Below are positions 26,188-38,771 of a DNA stretch of 64,000 bases, piece by piece. Position numbers and translations under genes: made by a program. Every line of letters starts with the position of its first letter. Positions within the stretch are counted from its first letter, which is position 1. The stretch comes from Azolla caroliniana (taxonomy: Eukaryota > Plantae > Polypodiophyta). The stretch is taken from NCBI GenBank assembly GCA_043228905.1, contig JBHGNT010000009.1, forward strand, positions 1,054,001 to 1,118,000, given 5' to 3'. The notes beneath the pieces were generated by a model. The model was not told the DNA's origin. It searched no databases and was given only the letters and a program-made list of their open reading frames with translations.

Positions 26188-29061
26188 AAAGAATTGAAAG
26201 GTAGATTACTTGGTCAGATTTTGTTGTTGGGAAACCTCCAAGATGTCATCACTTGAAGAGTTCCAAATATGTGACTTGGTAAGGTCTCATATATTGCCTT
26301 TTGTGTTAGCATTTCCATCACATGGCTTCTAAATGTGTATAGGATTTCAATTGAGATCTCAATTCTCAACATCATTTGTCTTTCTGTTGTTTGTAGCCGT
26401 ATTTTTTTCTTTTTGTACTCAATACCATATGGCTAGAAACATGATTTCTTGGCATAGGATGATTCTTTTTTATAATGACGTTGATGTTTTCAAGAGTCTC
26501 ATTGGCATGTGGAGAATGCGTAGTGACACGTGGCTAACATACTCTTTTTAAGGTCATTGTTATACTCAATTAGGGAGCATATTTTTGTCCCTAAGAAGCA
26601 AAACATGGTCTGTCCTTCTTGGTATAATTGCCCAAGGTTGGTGCATGCAACAATTGAAGGTGGGAAGCACCACAAACAACTCAATCTTGGGGCCTTTAAG
26701 AATTTGAATATTATGAAATGATTCTTTCTCAAACAATAAGAAATGGGTTACCATTCGGGTTTGGTTTGGAGAAAATATCATAACTTCCATTTAGCCGAAG
26801 TGTTATCCACCCACAATGCTTTATTTGTAATTGCAAGATAATGAGTAGAAAGAGTGGTCGACCCACTTTGAATGCCATGCCAATGAGAATTTATGGTTGG
26901 GGAGTGTTGTCATTTCCTTGTAGTTTTCTCAACATTTAGCATTGATGTGTGTGCAAAAATTGTGGTTGAACACATGTTCACATTTCCTTGTAGGTTTTCC
27001 AACATGTGCGATAGAGAGAACATTAAAAGATGGATTGATATATTGCATTATATTATCATTCTTGGAGGTTCAATATGACTTATGGCAACAAATTCGAAGC
27101 ATTCTCACATAGTATTTCTGGAGTTGAGTAGCGATCCTTGATATTCTAGAGTTTTACCGATGAACAATGTGATTGAGGGAGCACATATTGTGTGTCAAAG
27201 AAAACTATGTAGGGATTGAATTGGATTGGCAACACGTGGAAACTAAACTCAAAAGTGGTTGTAGATGGGGGGTTGTGTCAAAATATGAAACTTAGACTCA
27301 CAAACTTATTCAAGGCAATATATGCATAGTTGACGAAAACTAAAATATGTGGGGATTGGATTGGATTGACATAATGTGGAAACCAAACTCAAATGTGATC
27401 AAAGGAGAAAGATTGTATGAAAGTGTAAAACGAGACTCACAAACTTGTTGAAGGCAAAATATGCGTAACTTACAAGTTTCCTTGCTTGTTCACGAATGCT
27501 TATCTCCCATCAAAGAGAATGTGAGCTATGCCATATTGAACGAATGGTGCAGAAAGCGATGGGCTCTAGCATGGTGTTACTATTTGGAGAAGAGAATGTT
27601 TTCATTGTTTGGTGTAGCATACATAATATAATCCGAGAAAGGTCAATCTCCACAACATGCCAATGTTGTGATACATTAGTGGTGCAAAGAAAGTTCATTA
27701 ATCTATGAATGTATTGACACATGCATTCCTAATCTCTAGTTCTAGTCATCTACATAATCGTTTGTAAATTTAGCTTGTCGGGAACTAACATACCACTCTT
27801 ACACTCCCATGATTACAATACAATTAACAAGGGGTTTTGTATTGTGGCGTTCTTTTATGAAGGAGAGAGACTTGTAGGGGGGGAGTTTGAAATATGAGAA
27901 AAATGATTGGAATGCGGTGTATTAATGTTGTCTCAAAATTTGACAACAGCATAGTTGCATGTCGCCTTTTACCTCATATGTAGAGAAAATGGCTAAAAAT
28001 GGAGTTTACTTCATCTACAGAAAAAGATGTAGCCCAATCTCGTAGAGAGATACACACAAATATGTGTGTATAGTTCATGTTGATTATATTCGAGACCAAG
28101 CACTAGATAGTAAATGCATATCTCTCATTTACAACCGGTAGTAAATGTGTTTTCACGTCCTCTACTTTACACCACACATAGCATAGTAGTTCTTACAAAT
28201 TACTATATGTTGATGTGTCAACGAGTTGTTTAACCTTCAAGACTCTATTTTCCTATCCCATATCAATGTCTCTTGATGAAATAATTGTACAATGTGATAA
28301 ATGTAAAAGACAATAGATGACTCAAGGCACAATCTTTTATCGATGCGCTCCTTCTCATATAGTCTACAACCCCATGCCACATTTCAAGCGGTGAATTTCT
28401 CAAAAGGCTTCAAAAACAACAAATAAATTACCATGGTCTCATATAAGGTTCAGGTTTAATTTTAATGACTTATAAAATGACTTTGCTTCCATGCATGCCC
28501 TCTGTAAATTTCTCCAAGGCATGCTGGCCCCTTTTGTTGTGCATAATTGATGATGACGGTGTATGTAACATATTGTGGATGTATTTACTTATGTTGGTAG
28601 CAATTTTTCATTAGCAAGGAAAGGAAAAGTTAATGCAAGCAAAGGTTGGGCCTTTTCTTTGGGCAACACAAAAAAGTGATAAATAAAGCAAGACTTTGCC
28701 AACAATAATTTACATTCACTTTTTCTTGATTGCATTGATCTGAAAAGTACTATGATGTACCATTACTCTTGTGGTCCACTATGAAATTGCAGAATGAAGT
28801 GCTACCCATTTAGTTGTCTTGTCCCCTTAAAATGAATGAGTTATTGATAAGAGAGAAAATTGTTTAAGGACCTCAAATCTATTTGCTTCATGAGGTCTCA
28901 TATATACATGTTTACAAAAGTTTTCCTAGAGATTCTACCATCCAAGGATATGTATTCGGATTCCTCTTGTTACCAAGAAACCAAAAACAAAGTTTAGCCT
29001 TGGGTAAGTGCAATAGAACAGGATTGCGATTTTAGTAGTTAATATTGGTATTACATTAATC

Positions 29062-31315
29062 TCAAGCACTGCCCCTTCTCAAAGGCACATTGTGATTATG
29101 CTTTCCTTCATAAGTTGTCCAAACTGTCCTTGGATCAGCAGAGGATCGCTCAACATGTTTCCTCATGCCACATCCTAGATTTGTACATCTGTAGTAGCTT
29201 CTGCAAGTCACAATATTTCAAAGGGTTAAAGAGTTCAATGATCATCTGAATCTTTCTCTCTCTCACACACACATATGCACACAATAGGGAAAATTTTCTT
29301 AAGTCGTGCACGAAATACATCACACACATTAATTATAAAAGCTATGACTTGAATGTGGAAACCATGTTGCAAATCAATCCACGCAAGCAATTCAATCTTT
29401 TAATTAAACTCTAGACTTGCATTCAACGCCCAAGGTTTAGTTCAGAGTTTTTTCAAAGCTTGCAGAAAGCTATCTATGGTAAGGAATTAATTATGCATAT
29501 ATGATTAGATACATCAAATATGCAGAATTGAAGATTTATAAATTTGAAATTTATATTTGTATATGGTTTCATTGCTAAAACAAAATCATACAAAAATTTG
29601 TCAAAAGAGAGTTCACACCTGGGAAAATTATGGCCTTTGACTACCTTCTGGCCATATTTGCGCCATCTATACCCATCATCGAGAATATCAACTTCGCTTA
29701 TTGTTTGTACAACTATACGGGACTCCCGAACAGTTGTGATTGGTACTGGATATGAATGTGGCATTTCCCCACCGCTGTCCATTCTCCTGATACATTAAAC
29801 AATATAGGTGAATACATACTTGTCAGGAAGCATACTGGAGGGTTCTAAAACACAAAGCAAAAGAAAGAAGTAAACAAAAAAAGATACAATTCAAGGAACC
29901 CAAATGAGATGGCAATAATACCTTCGGCGCTTCGAGTCTTGTTCTTCTTCACAATCACTTTTGGTTTCACCTTCTTCATCGCTAGGGGAACAGAACGATT
30001 GTTCAGGAGTTCCGGTCAATCCGGTATGAGAAATAACCACTGATGAAGAGGAGAAATCAGCTGAATTCTTATCTGAATCCACCTTTTCTTCATGTGCTTG
30101 CAATTGGATCCCTCTCTCTTGAATCATCATGTGGGCAGGATTTCGTGATGATCTCCGTGTTGTTTGTGGCTTTGGGTGGTTATGTTCCCCTTTGTATGTA
30201 ATTTCAGTTATTTCTCCTTCATGAGAACATTCCACATGCTTCTTCACAAGACAATGAGGATGAGTACATTTATAATAGCTGCGACGACGCCCGGTACCTT
30301 TTAATTGCTTTTGCCCATACTTCTTCCAGTTATACCCATCTGAAGAGGGCCTTCCATTCATAGATAACCCATGATGAGCTAGAATCATTTCAGTTTCAGT
30401 GGACTTTTTATGAGGCTCAGATGTTTGTGCTCTCATATTATTTAATGTTTCATGGCACCCTTGAGTGTTCATGTATGGATCTGGCGAATCAGAATTCAAC
30501 ATTGACGTATCGTTAGTTGGTTGATCAGTGGGTTTATTTTCAAATTCGAAAGCCTCTTCGTTTGAAATTCCAAATGATCCCTACAGAAAAACATTCATTG
30601 CTTTGATACTAACCTTATTGATTATAATACCAAAAACTACTGATTCTAAATAAGATATAGCAAGACTCACCGTGCCATTTATGTGAGACAACCCAGTTCT
30701 TGTTACTACAGGGTGTGGCCAAAAGACAAAGTCATTGGCTTGTTGGGCACTGTTCTCATTTTCAGATTCATTGGATTCTGGCACCTCTTCTTCCTTCACT
30801 TCCTCTTGTGGTTTCTCAGTCTCGGATTCACTGGAATTCGGCACCTCTTCCTTTGCTTCCGATTCGGCTGGAGGTTTTCTGGTTCTGTATTCATCAGTGC
30901 TTTCTTTTCTGAAATCTTTCGAATCAACCTCACGTTCATCCTCTACAGTTGGAACATCGTCTGTAAGAGCTTCCGTGTCAGGCTTGGAGCCAGTGGAGCT
31001 TTCTTGATTCTCTTCGCTTTCTTCAAGCCTTTTTCTAGCCGCAAGATTTCCCCCTTCCTCATCCTTTGGAGCAAAATCCTCATTCTCCGGAATGCTCTGT
31101 TTCTTCAGATCTCTCAGAAGACCACCACCGACTTCTTCACCACTCTGATTCTTCCGTGCCTCTGCACTGATGGCTATGGTTTCAGTATAATTTCCTCTCT
31201 CACCCAGGAGCTTCGTATGATCAGAGGCATGGGTTATGACACAGTCACATTCTAGGGACAAGAACAGGGCTATGGCCAACAGGATGATGAGCCAGGAGGA
31301 GGGAGAAGAGCCCAT
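29062..31315 (-). CDS. Chimeric gene, about 536 aa: signal peptide and acidic region of the membrane protein fused in frame to a two-domain group I WRKY. Exons 31315-30671, 30580-29922, 29786-29619, 29200-29062
   Basis: Exon 1 switches from ...ESNESENE (membrane protein) to NSAQQANDF... (WRKY) at 30753-30760. All GT/AG sites are intact and the 1611-nt CDS has no internal stop. Expression is unknown. Confidence 0.8.
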
Positions 31316-31578
31316 TGATCAAAAGGAAGATTCAATGTGTGGATGGGAGGAAAGGAAGAGGAGAAAAGCCAATTGTCTGTGTGAGTGAGAGAGAGTGGTG
31401 GAGATTTTACCTTTGGGAGTTTCTGAAACCTCTGCTGTGTTGGAGCTTTAATGGTTTCTTCTTTTCCAAAATATGTACATCTATCTATATGTATATGGTT
31501 AACCTTTACACACACACACTTTATAACTCAATATGTATAATGTATGTATATGAATAGAGAGAGAGAGAGAGAGAGAGA

Positions 31579-33599
31579 ACCGATTTCTATTCGGAGGTCA
31601 GTTAGTCAAGGATGCCCAGTGCTTTACTATTCACTATTGTGACACATCATCCTATTCTTGTTAAGTTACACGATATGGCTATGGAGGAAGAATTGCTCGG
31701 ACTAAGGTTGCCATCAGGGAAGCCATGTATTGTTTAAGCTCTCGCAGATGACCATATTATGTTTTTGGCACCTAATCGGGAAAATATTAGTAAGACAAGA
31801 GATGTGTGGGAATTGTTTTCAAATGCTTCGGGGTTGAGAATTAATATACATAAATCTGTCCTCATTTCATGTACAGAACAAGATGTGTTAGGGTTGGGGT
31901 GGTCAGGAAAGATAGTACATGGTGGTATGATTTGTCGTCATCTTGGATATCCAATTGGGGTGGAAGTTTCTCATGTGAAACTTATTGAGTGGGTATCCAA
32001 AAGGTTGGAGGATAAGTTTATGTATTGGAGGTCTCAATTTTGGTCTTTTCATGTATGACTTAAGGTGGTCCAATCGATTATGGTCTCTATGGTATCTTAT
32101 TATCTTTCTTTGCTCCCATGGTCAAAGAAAGCTCTTGAAATGTTGTCACGCTCGATGCGAATGTTATTATGGAAAAGAAAAGGGAAAAGTGCCTTGTCAT
32201 GGTTGACATGGGATCATGTTTGTACTCTGAAGCGTCTTGGTGGGGCATCAATATTGAATCTATATGAGCATATGGTGGCTCGTCGATTTACTTTCATTTG
32301 ATTCATGTTTGAAGGTGTACAACCTTGGACAGAAATGGTGGCATACTTTATAGAGAAGAATGGAATAAAGCTTGGAAACATGAAGGTTGAAGCGAATTGG
32401 TGGAATGTAATTAATTCTGATAGGGATGTCAAATGTACAGGGTCTATGATAGTTAATCATTTGTTGACATCTTGGCAAAGTATGTTGGATTTTGTGGAAT
32501 GACATTCCCCACAAGAAAGGGGATGTGCCAATTCATTACAAATGGAGGTTTTGGCAACATCAAGGTTGTTGAGGTGGGAAGGTAAACAAATTCTTAACCT
32601 TTAATTTAATCGGATGGCTAGATTGGGTTTGGTAACAGTTAAGGATGCTATGTTGGTTTCACAAAGAAGATTAATGGCTTTTTGAACAATAAGATCAACA
32701 TTTCGTATTCCAAAAGGTTATAACTTTATTTGGGATAAGTTGCAACAAATACTATCTTCGCATGAGCCAATTCCTGATTTAGATGGGCGATCTCAAGAGC
32801 TTGATTGGAGGTTTGTTGGAAATAAGAGATTGACTATGATCTCAACGAATGTTGCTTATCACAAGTTGATTGAAAAACATAAGTGGTTGGAAGAAAGGGT
32901 TATAAAGATATGGGGTTTTCATAAGCCCATTACTTGGTGGTTTCATGTGATCAAGGCAGGTTGGTGTTCTCGACTGATGCTACGAGCCAAGGTATTTATT
33001 TGAAGAGTTATGGTTGGAGCTTTACCATTAGGGGATGCATTAAAAAGAAGAAACATTACTAAAGGATTGCGTTTCTTTTGTTCGGTGGAATTGGAACATA
33101 GTAGGCATCGATTTATTTCATGCCCGATGGCAAGGATGGTTTGGAGGTGTATTAGTTTAGTGTGGATGTCTCTAACACGAGTAAGTCTATCTTCCTTCAG
33201 TTGGGTTTTTGCATATATGGAGAACAATGAACCGATGCCTCATTTTCAAATTATTTTTGAGTTCTTGAGGTATTGGGGGCTATGGTTCAATTGGAATATG
33301 CGGAATGCCTTCATTTTTTATTCGCAAGTTGGGGTGAGAAAATATGTTCTAAAGTTGAAAGGAATTCTTTTGTGGCAATTGACAGTGCTAGAGAAGTCAC
33401 AAAATCTCAACCAGAAAGAGAGAGAACTCTACAAGGACACATATCATCATACTCGCCATTTGAATTGGTGTAGGGTAGCATTGAGTTTGGTGTCGTAGTA
33501 TTCTTTAGATCCCTTGATAGAAGGGTTCTATACTTTGTAGTAAGTTACTCATGGTGGTATTTTTCCTTTCGTAATGAAAGCCATTATTTACGAAAAAAA
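31579..33599 (+). mobile_element. 5'-truncated, decayed L1-type LINE inserted into a (GA)n tract about 260 bp upstream of the chimera ATG
   Basis: RT motifs RRSVSQGCP, ALADD, ASGLRINIHKS, RHLGYPIG; zf-RVT (HRFISCPMARMVW, WFNWNMRN); A-rich tail; several premature TGA stops; absent from the paralogous site near 23950. Confidence 0.9.
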
Positions 33600-36500
33600 G
33601 AGAGAGAGGTATAAAGAGAAGATTCCAACACAAGATATGTGTGTGTCTTGTCTTTTTCTCTCCTCAAAAGAAAAGGGGGGAAGAATTGGGGAGGAGGCGA
33701 GGAATCGATCGATTGATCCATTGCCCCCCAACCCAAACACACACAACATTGGTCGGCCGAACATGTGCTACTTTCACACCACCACCACCACCACGTCCTA
33801 AGAGACTAGGCCGTCCGAAATACGGCATGGCCGTTGCTTCCCCCTACGTTATTGCCCCAAAAGACCAAATGTCTACTCCGACATACATCGCTTGTCGGTC
33901 GAAAACGGGCTACTTTCACACCATCGCATCCTTAAGAGACTAGGTTGTCTGAAAACGGCTTGCCTGCTTCCCTATTATTTGTCCTCGACCATACATGCTC
34001 CGACATGGACCGTTCTCGCATCACTCTTCCACACCCTTGCTTAGGTCCGAGAACGGATGATTTCTGTATTGTCTTCCCAACCTACCCCCCCCGCTTGAAA
34101 ATGGATGGCTCCCACATTGCCCGCCATTGTTGATCCCACAACATATCCCGAGTTTTTCTTCCAAACCATACTAGTGCACACCCTTCATTTGTATTATCTA
34201 TGTTTATTATGTTCACATTGATGCTAGGTCGGCCCCAATGGCATATCTTCATCAGTTATAACCTTTTTTCACTTTGACAATGCTCACATGAACCACATTT
34301 CATCAAAAGGTAAAACAACAAAATACCCCAAAGTTTTCAAAAATCAAATGAGAGTATCAATTTGTAGCAGTATGTTGATTTTCTTATCACTATTGGGCCA
34401 AAAACATATGTACATATACCCTTTTGTACGTAACGTTGCTTTCATATGCTACCAAGATGCATATAATCAAAGGGGGAAACATCAAAATACAATATAGGTT
34501 TCTAATGCATTCTGAAATACCCCTACCTAATCTAGAGTTTTTGTACTATACCATGGTACTCTAGTTTAAGTTGGGGGCATTTTGCACAATACATAATGTT
34601 GTTTTTCCGAATTACCATTTAATAACTTAATCACGTCCTAGTGACTTGATAATCTTGTCATTAAGCTAATGTTTGATAATATTGCCATCATGTTAATTGT
34701 ATATTTACTCTAATCACTTTACAAATTGTATAATCAAATGAGCATGAGTGCACAATAATAATTAACATGTTGTTTTTTTATTGTTAGGGTGTTCCATGTG
34801 TGACTAGGGATAATAATGATGTGTTTCTAATTAAAGCAATTATTAAGTATTGAAGGCAATTGAGTCATTAATCAACTTGTGAATAATAAGGTATCTTTAA
34901 AGTGAAAATAGCTAAGGAGAATGTCTCAATGGAAATTACCCACAAACAAGAGATGAGCCGTTTCCCTTGGCAAAAGATGGTGGACGCAGACGAGATACAA
35001 GGCAAAGCTCGTTATCAACAAGGAAAATAAACGTGAGTTGCTAGACATGCCCATGTTAGAAATCATGCACTTGCAACAATATCGTGTGATTTTGGCCTTA
35101 TTCAGTATTTTTATACCTTATATCTAGGTTAATGCAATAACTTAAAGCTCTTTCAAATTTATGACTACAAAATCCTCATTGGGAAATGATGTGAAAGCAT
35201 AGACTAGCCATATCACACCACATCCAAGTAATGTGATAATTTTAACAACATTATTATGTTCGACCATGACCATAAGAAAATAAGAAATCAAACATCATTG
35301 AGCATGAAATAGAAACCTAGGCTACGAACGTACCAATGTGAAGCTCAATTAACATAATAAATATGTTCAAACTTATTATAAACACTTGCATTATAATCTA
35401 TAGTTGCAATTAACTGTACAATTAAAAACTAAGATTTTCGTAGATTTTAAAAAAGAATAGTTCTAGCAATTATTAACTTCATGATTTTCACATGATTGAT
35501 GCTTGTCTCATTTTAGTTTATCGAAGGTAAGTTTCAAATTTCAATTGTTGTATGATGGAGATGTTTACATCCTAATAATCTTAAGAAGCCTTGGAATGTA
35601 ATGTAGCCATTCATTTTTGATATAGATAGATAGATCTTATTTTATCTTCTTCAAAGTTAAAATATGACCTATGAGACCAAAAATATTACATTTCATGTAA
35701 TACATGTGAAAGTGAGTAGCGACTCTTGATGTCCAAAAACCTTGGCACAGAGAGAGAGAGAGAGAGAGATTTTAAAGAATTGAAAGGTAGATTACTTGGT
35801 CAGATTTTGTTGTTGGGAAACCTCCAAGATGTTATCACTTGAAGAGTTCCAAATATGTGACTTGGTAAGGTCTCATATATTGCCTTTTGTGTTAGCATTT
35901 CCATCACATGGCTTCTCAATTTGTATAGGGTCTCAATTGAGATCTCAACATCATTTGTCTTTTTGTTGTTTGTAGCCGTATTTTTTTTCTTTTTGTACTC
36001 AATATCATATGGCTAGAAACATGATTTCTGGGCATAGGATGATTCTTCTTTATAATGACGTTAATGTTCTCAAGAGTCTCGTTGGCATGTGGAGAATGCA
36101 TAGTGACATGTGGCTTACATACTCTTTTTAAGGTCACTGTTATACTGAATTAGGTAGCATACTTTTGTCCTTAAGAAGCAAAACTTGGTGTGTCCTTCTT
36201 GGTATAATTGCCCGAGGTTGGTGCATGCAACAATTGAAGGTGGGAAGCACCATAAACAACTCACTCTTGGGGCTTTTAACAATTTGAATATTATGAAATG
36301 ATTCTTTCTCAAACAATAAGAAATGGGTTACCGTCGGGGTTTGGTTTGGAGAAAATATCATAACTTCCATTTAGCCGAAGGGTTATCCACCCACAATACT
36401 TTATTTGTAATTGCAAGATCATGAGTAGAAAGAGTGGTCGACCCACTTTGAATGCCATGCCAATGAGAATTTATGGTTGGGGAGTGTTGTCATTTCCTTG

Positions 36501-37176
36501 TAGTTTTCTCAACATTTAGCATTGATGTGTGTGCAAAAATTGTGGTTGAACACATGTTCACATTTCCGTGTAAGTTTTCCAACATGTGAGATAGAGAGAA
36601 CATTAAAAAATAGATTGATATATTGCATTATATTATCATTCTTTGAGGTTCAATGTGACTTATGGCACCAAATTCGAAGCATTCTCACATAGTATTTTTG
36701 GAGTTGATTAGCAATCGTTAATATTCTAGAGCTTTACCGATGAAAAATGTGATTGAGGGAGCACATATTGTGTGTCAAGGAAAAATATGTAGGGATTGAA
36801 TTGGATTGGTAACACGTGGAAACTAAACTCAAAAGTGGTTGTAGATGGGGGATTGTGTCAAAATATGAAACTTAGACTCACAGACTTGTTCAAGGCAAAA
36901 TATGCATAGTTGACGAAAACTAAAATACGTGGGGATTTGATTGGATTGACATAATGTGGAAACCAAACTCAAATGTGATCAAAGGCGAAAGATTGTATGA
37001 AAGTGTAAAATGAGACTCACAAACTTGTTGAAGGCAAAATATGCGTAACTTACAAGTTTCCTTGCTTGTGCACAAATGCTTATCTCCCATCAAAGAGAAT
37101 GTGAGCTACGCCATATTGAACCAATGGTGTAGAAAGCGATGGGCTCTAGCATGGTGTTACTATTTGGAGAAGAGAA

Positions 37177-37394
37177 TGTTTTCATTGTTTGGTGTAGCAT
37201 ACATAATATAATCCGAGAAAGGTCAATCTTCACAACATGCCAATGTTGTGATACATTAGTGGTGCAAAGAAAGTTCATTAATCTATGTTTTCATTGTTTG
37301 GTGTAGCATACATAATATAATCCGAGAAAGGTCAATCTCCACAACATGCCAATGTTGTGATACATTAGTGGTGCAAAGAAAGTTCATTAATCTA
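37177..37394. repeat. 109-bp tandem duplication specific to copy 2
   Basis: tgttttcattgtttggtgtagc...gttcattaatcta occurs twice here and once at 27597-27705. Confidence 0.9.
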
Positions 37395-38771
37395 TGAATG
37401 TATTGACACATGCATTCCTAATCTCTAGTTCTAGTCATCTACATAATCGTTTGTACATTTAGCTTGTCGGGAACTAACATACCACTCTTACACTCCCATG
37501 ATTACAATACAATTAACAAGGGGTTTTGTATTGTGGCGTTCTTTTATGAAGGAGAGAGACTTGGGGGAGGGGAGAGGTTGGAATATGAGAAAAATGATTG
37601 GAAATGCAGTTTATTAATGTGGTCTCAAAATTTGACAACAACATAGTTGCATGTCGCCTTTTACCTCATCTGGAGAAAAATGACTAGAAATGGAGTTTAC
37701 TTGATCTACAGAAAAAGATGTAGCCCAATCTCGTAGAGAGATACACACAAATAGGTGTGTATAGTTCATGTTGACTATATTCAAGACCAAGCACTAGATA
37801 GTAAATGCATATCTCTCATTTACAACAGGTAGTAAATGTGTTTTCATGTCCTCTACTTTATACCACACATAGCATAGTAGTTCTTACAAATTACTATACG
37901 TTGAGTTGTCAACGAGTTGTCAACCTTGAAGACTCTATTTTCCTATCCCATATCAATTTCTCTTGATGAAATAATTGTACAACGTGATAAATGTAAAAGA
38001 CAATAGATGACTCAAGGCACAATCTTTTATCAATGTGCTCCATCTCATCTAGTATACAACCCCATGCCACATTTCAAGGTAAAAAACAGTCATGGGTTGA
38101 ATTTCTCAAAAGGCTTCAAAAACAACAAATAATTTACCAAGGTCTCATATAAGGTCCAGGTTTAATTTCAATGACTTATAAAATGGTTTTGCTTCCATGG
38201 ATGCCCTCTGTAAATCTCTCCAAGGCATGCTACTGGCCCCTTTTGTTGTGCATAATTGATGACGTTGGTGTATGTAACATATTGTGGATGCATTTACTTA
38301 TGTTGGTAGCAATTTTTCATTAGCAAGGAAAGGAAAAGTTAATGCAAGCAAAGGTCGGGTCTTTTCTTTGGGCAACACAAAAAAAGTGATAAATAAAGCA
38401 AGACTTTGCCAACAATAATTTACATTCACTTTTTCTTGATTGCATTGATCTGAAAAGTACTATGATGTACCATTACTCTTGTGGTCCACTATGAAATTGC
38501 AGAATGAAGTGCTACCCAATTAGTTGTCTTCCCCCCTTAAAATGAATGACTTATCGATAAGAGAGAAAATTGTTGAAGGACCTCAAATCTATTTGCTTCA
38601 TGAGGTCTCATAAATACATGTTTACAAAAGTTTTCCTAGAGATTCTACCATCCAAGGATATGTATTCGGATTCCTCTTGTTACCAAGAAACCAAAAACAA
38701 AATTTAGCCTTGGGTAAGTGTAATAGAACAGGATTGCGATTTTAGTAGTTAATATTGGTATTACATTAATC

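Larger units (their letters stand above)
22489..30752. repeat. Tandem segmental duplication, copy 1 (about 8.3 kb)
   Basis: Collinear, high-identity match to 30753-40463, covering the 5' part of the membrane-protein gene, the intergenic DNA and the 3' part of the WRKY gene. Confidence 0.95.

Noticed and set aside
26333-27722. Short ORFs shared by both duplicate copies
   Set aside because: No recognisable domain and frames are not conserved between copies; likely old TE debris
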